From Escherichia coli (GTDB lineage: Bacteria > Pseudomonadota > Gammaproteobacteria > Enterobacterales > Enterobacteriaceae), in assembly GCF_003334255.1 (NCBI RefSeq), contig NZ_QOWU01000180.1: 978 bases of DNA; one strand, given 5' to 3'. The notes under the pieces were generated by a model that saw nothing but the letters and a program-made list of their open reading frames with translations, had not been told where the DNA came from and made no database searches. Positions within the stretch are counted from its first letter, which is position 1. The number at the start of each line of letters is the position of its first letter. A program made the position numbers and the translations under genes. Below, piece by piece: positions 1 to 978 of this stretch.

Positions 1-230
1 TCTGCGTTGCGCAGGCAGGATCTGGCCTCCACGGATTGTCCGGCCCACCATACAGCGGTGGCTGCATTGACGGTTCCACCGTTGCGTTCTGAATCCACCG
101 GGTCGATGAGTTTCTCAAACTGTTTGCCCAGCTTTCCGGTGAACGGGTCGAAAAACACCGCGCCAATCGCGAATATGACTGCGTCCGGTCCGGTACCCAA
201 TGTTTCGGTGTCGATCATGAGATGGTTCAC
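1..230 (-). CDS. Putative DEDD-family (DnaQ-like) 3'-5' exonuclease, N-terminal part; gene continues beyond window position 1
   Basis: Minus-strand frame is open from 230/218 to position 1 (72 codons from the ATG, no stop). Translation from ATG at 218-216: MIDTETLGTGPDAVIFAIGAVFFDPFTGKLGKQFEKLIDPVDSERNGGTVNAATAVWWAGQSVEARSCLRNA. Asp-Thr-Glu at residues 3-5 followed by a hydrophobic stretch matches the Exo I motif of DEDD exonucleases; this is motif recognition only, no search was run. In-frame GTG at 230-228 overlaps the upstream stop (GTGA) and sits 7 nt after GGAGT (plus 238-242); the ATG at 218 is 19 nt from that site, so GTG-230 is the better-supported start. The plus-strand ORF 7..264 on the same DNA has a low-complexity S/P/T/C-rich product and no ribosome-binding site. 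Confidence 0.55.
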   Translation of the reverse strand, partial: MNHLMIDTETLGTGPDAVIFAIGAVFFDPFTGKLGKQFEKLIDPVDSERNGGTVNAATAVWWAGQSVEARSCLRNA

Positions 231-460
231 TGTGTGCACTCCTTCTGTTCGGCGTTGTTCGTGAGCGTTGCAATCAGTCGTTCAATGGATGAGCAGGTTT
301 CCTCCGGGGAGGTGTGCTTCTCTCTCGCTGTGTCAACCAGGTCACGCAGCAATTCGCAGATATGCGCACGCTCGGCTTTTCTTGCGGCCATGCTGATATG
401 TGCATGATGGTTAGCTGGTCTGGCGGCTATTTCTCTGCCGGGTGATTCGGCTGTTCTCAT
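227..460 (-). CDS. Hypothetical small hydrophilic protein, 77 aa, function unknown
   Basis: ATG at 460-458 is preceded by AGGAG (plus 468-472, minus strand) with a 7-nt spacer; TGA stop at 229-227. Product: MRTAESPGREIAARPANHHAHISMAARKAERAHICELLRDLVDTAREKHTSPEETCSSIERLIATLTNNAEQKECTQ, charged and probably helical, with a His-rich N-terminus. The track's 85-aa version (227..484) needs a TTG start at 484 with no ribosome-binding site. I do not recognise the family. Confidence 0.7.
   Translation of the reverse strand: MRTAESPGREIAARPANHHAHISMAARKAERAHICELLRDLVDTAREKHTSPEETCSSIERLIATLTNNAEQKECTQ
238..242 (-). promoter_or_regulatory. Shine-Dalgarno-like GGAGT for the exonuclease-like gene, embedded in the 3' end of the upstream CDS
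   Basis: Minus-strand GAAGGAGT (plus 238-245) lies 7 nt upstream of the in-frame GTG at 230-228. Confidence 0.45.
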
Positions 461-467
461 TTGTTGA

Positions 468-472
468 CTCCT
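468..472 (-). promoter_or_regulatory. Shine-Dalgarno site (AGGAG) for the 77-aa gene
   Basis: Minus-strand AGGAG followed by 7 nt (TCAACAA) and then ATG at 460; an A/U-rich tract (UCUUUUUU) lies immediately upstream. Confidence 0.65.
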
Positions 473-496
473 GAAAAAAGACAAAGGGAACCCGAT

Positions 497-518
497 GGCA
501 TGAATGCCTTAATTAATT
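497..518. repeat. Inverted repeat GGCAT-GA-ATGCC (497-508) directly adjoining the palindrome TTAATTAA (509-516); candidate protein-binding site or RNA hairpin
   Basis: Read directly from the sequence: 5-bp arms GGCAT/ATGCC with a 2-bp spacer, next to the self-complementary TTAATTAA / AATTAATT (509-518), in the AT-rich spacer upstream of the 77-aa gene. Confidence 0.3.
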
Positions 519-565
519 GTTCGTATGTTTTCTGGTGTTATTGCGTTCTTATTTGAAGCTTAAGG

Positions 566-661
566 TTATTCCCAGATCTTCAGGGCTAACCAGATAAGCG
601 CACACACCTGAAATATCAGCCACACACTGGCAATGGTGAGTATTGCTTTTACATTCTTCAT
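566..661 (-). CDS. Putative small hydrophobic (single transmembrane) peptide, 31 aa
   Basis: Minus-strand ATG at 661-659, TAA at 568-566. Product: MKNVKAILTIASVWLIFQVCALIWLALKIWE, with Lys-flanked N-terminus and a roughly 20-residue hydrophobic core. It begins 12 nt after the stop of the 41-aa ORF and in the same frame. No strong Shine-Dalgarno site (upstream is AGCGAAAACGTT), so translation would depend on coupling or reinitiation. Below the ORF-track size cutoff. Confidence 0.35.
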   Translation of the reverse strand: MKNVKAILTIASVWLIFQVCALIWLALKIWE

Positions 662-673
662 AACGTTTTCGCT

Positions 674-799
674 TTATTTACGGCGTTTATCGCCGGTAAA
701 GAATAATTCGATATCCTTCAGTGTGTGGATAATTCGCATAATGCCGATTGCCATAAGTACGGAGATAATCAGAATTAGCCATGAAAGGAATATGATCAT
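674..799 (-). CDS. Putative small membrane protein, 41 aa (N-terminal transmembrane helix plus basic C-terminal tail)
   Basis: Minus-strand ATG at 799-797 overlaps the TGA stop (798-796) of the upstream gene as ATGA; AGGGG (plus 807-811) lies 7 nt upstream; TAA at 676-674. Product: MIIFLSWLILIISVLMAIGIMRIIHTLKDIELFFTGDKRRK. Below the ORF-track size cutoff; the plus-strand ORF 633..815 is antisense to it. Confidence 0.5.
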   Translation of the reverse strand: MIIFLSWLILIISVLMAIGIMRIIHTLKDIELFFTGDKRRK

Positions 800-978
800 G
801 CTGCCACCCCTGTGAAGTAAGGCTCAACAATTTCACCTTCAAACAGTTCTGTCATAATCGACTTTAATTCTTCCAGTGCTTCACGGTCATCGCTGCCCAG
901 CGCGCAGTTGTATAGCCCCATAATTGCGCCGCGCAGTGAGTTACGAAGGCTTTCATCCTTAGTTACGCCCCGGTTTGC
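796..978 (-). CDS. 3' end (C-terminal 60 aa) of a protein-coding gene of unknown function; start lies beyond window position 978
   Basis: Minus-strand frame is open from 978 to the TGA at 798-796 (60 sense codons). Product: ANRGVTKDESLRNSLRGAIMGLYNCALGSDDREALEELKSIMTELFEGEIVEPYFTGVAA, a plausible amphipathic helical sequence. The plus strand over 816-978 is broken by frequent stops. Family not recognised. Confidence 0.6.
   Translation of the reverse strand, partial: ANRGVTKDESLRNSLRGAIMGLYNCALGSDDREALEELKSIMTELFEGEIVEPYFTGVAA
807..811 (-). promoter_or_regulatory. Shine-Dalgarno-like AGGGG for the 41-aa ORF, inside the 3' end of the upstream CDS
   Basis: Minus-strand AGGGG followed by 7 nt (TGGCAGC) and then ATG at 799. 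Confidence 0.45.

Noticed and set aside
7-264. Plus-strand ORF of 85 aa from the track
   Set aside because: Antisense to the exonuclease-like ORF; product is low-complexity and S/P/T/C-rich with no recognisable motif and no Shine-Dalgarno site before the ATG. The minus-strand frame has a catalytic-motif-like N-terminus and coupling signals.
222-407. Plus-strand ORF of 61 aa from the track
   Set aside because: Lies entirely antisense within the 77-aa minus-strand gene, which has a strong AGGAG site; Cys/Ser-rich product with no ribosome-binding site. Most likely a shadow ORF.
461-484. TTG start at 484 giving the 85-aa version of the 77-aa protein (as in the track)
   Set aside because: No Shine-Dalgarno site upstream of the TTG, whereas the internal ATG at 460 has AGGAG at ideal spacing; the extra eight codons would run through that ribosome-binding site.
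476-508. Possible rho-independent terminator (hairpin GGCAUUCAUGCC followed by a U-run) on the minus-strand transcript
   Set aside because: The stem is only 4-5 bp with moderate GC content, and the U-tract (UCUUUUUU) begins about 14 nt after the stem rather than directly after it. It looks more like an A/U-rich region ahead of the Shine-Dalgarno site than a terminator.
461-565. Sigma70 promoter for the 77-aa gene and exonuclease pair
   Set aside because: The best hexamers found by eye (TTCAAA-like -35, no TATAAT-like -10 at the right spacing) are too weak to annotate; transcription may read through from upstream.
633-815. Plus-strand ORF of 60 aa from the track
   Set aside because: Antisense to the two small hydrophobic minus-strand ORFs and overlapping the 3' end of the gene ending at 796; no Shine-Dalgarno site upstream of its ATG (CACACTGGCA). 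Its hydrophobic product is expected as the mirror of a transmembrane-coding region. A real antisense gene or RNA cannot be fully excluded.
1-978. CRISPR array, tRNA or rRNA, or insertion-sequence terminal inverted repeats
   Set aside because: No direct repeats with regular spacing, no cloverleaf-compatible segments and no long terminal inverted repeats were seen; the only repeats are the short palindromes at 497-518.

Overview
All credible coding in this 978-bp window is on the minus strand, and the three plus-strand ORFs in the supplied track look like antisense shadows. Reading the minus strand from right to left: (1) the last 60 codons of a gene entering from beyond position 978, with its stop at 796-798; (2) a 41-aa hydrophobic peptide (799..674) whose ATG overlaps that stop (ATGA) and has AGGGG 7 nt upstream; (3) a 31-aa hydrophobic peptide (661..566) 12 nt further on and in the same reading frame as the 41-aa ORF; (4) an AT-rich spacer of about 105 bp (461-565) containing a GGCAT-N2-ATGCC inverted repeat next to a TTAATTAA palindrome; (5) a 77-aa hydrophilic protein (460..227) with a strong AGGAG site 7 nt upstream; (6) the N-terminus of a protein (230 or 218..1, continuing beyond the window) that starts with I-D-T-E-T-L-G, resembling the Exo I motif of DEDD/DnaQ-like 3'-5' exonucleases. 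Both small hydrophobic ORFs fall below the ORF-track size cutoff. No rRNA, tRNA, CRISPR array or transposon ends were seen. Codon usage looks enterobacterial and the layout resembles a prophage or mobile-element accessory operon, but that is inference; nothing here was checked against a database.
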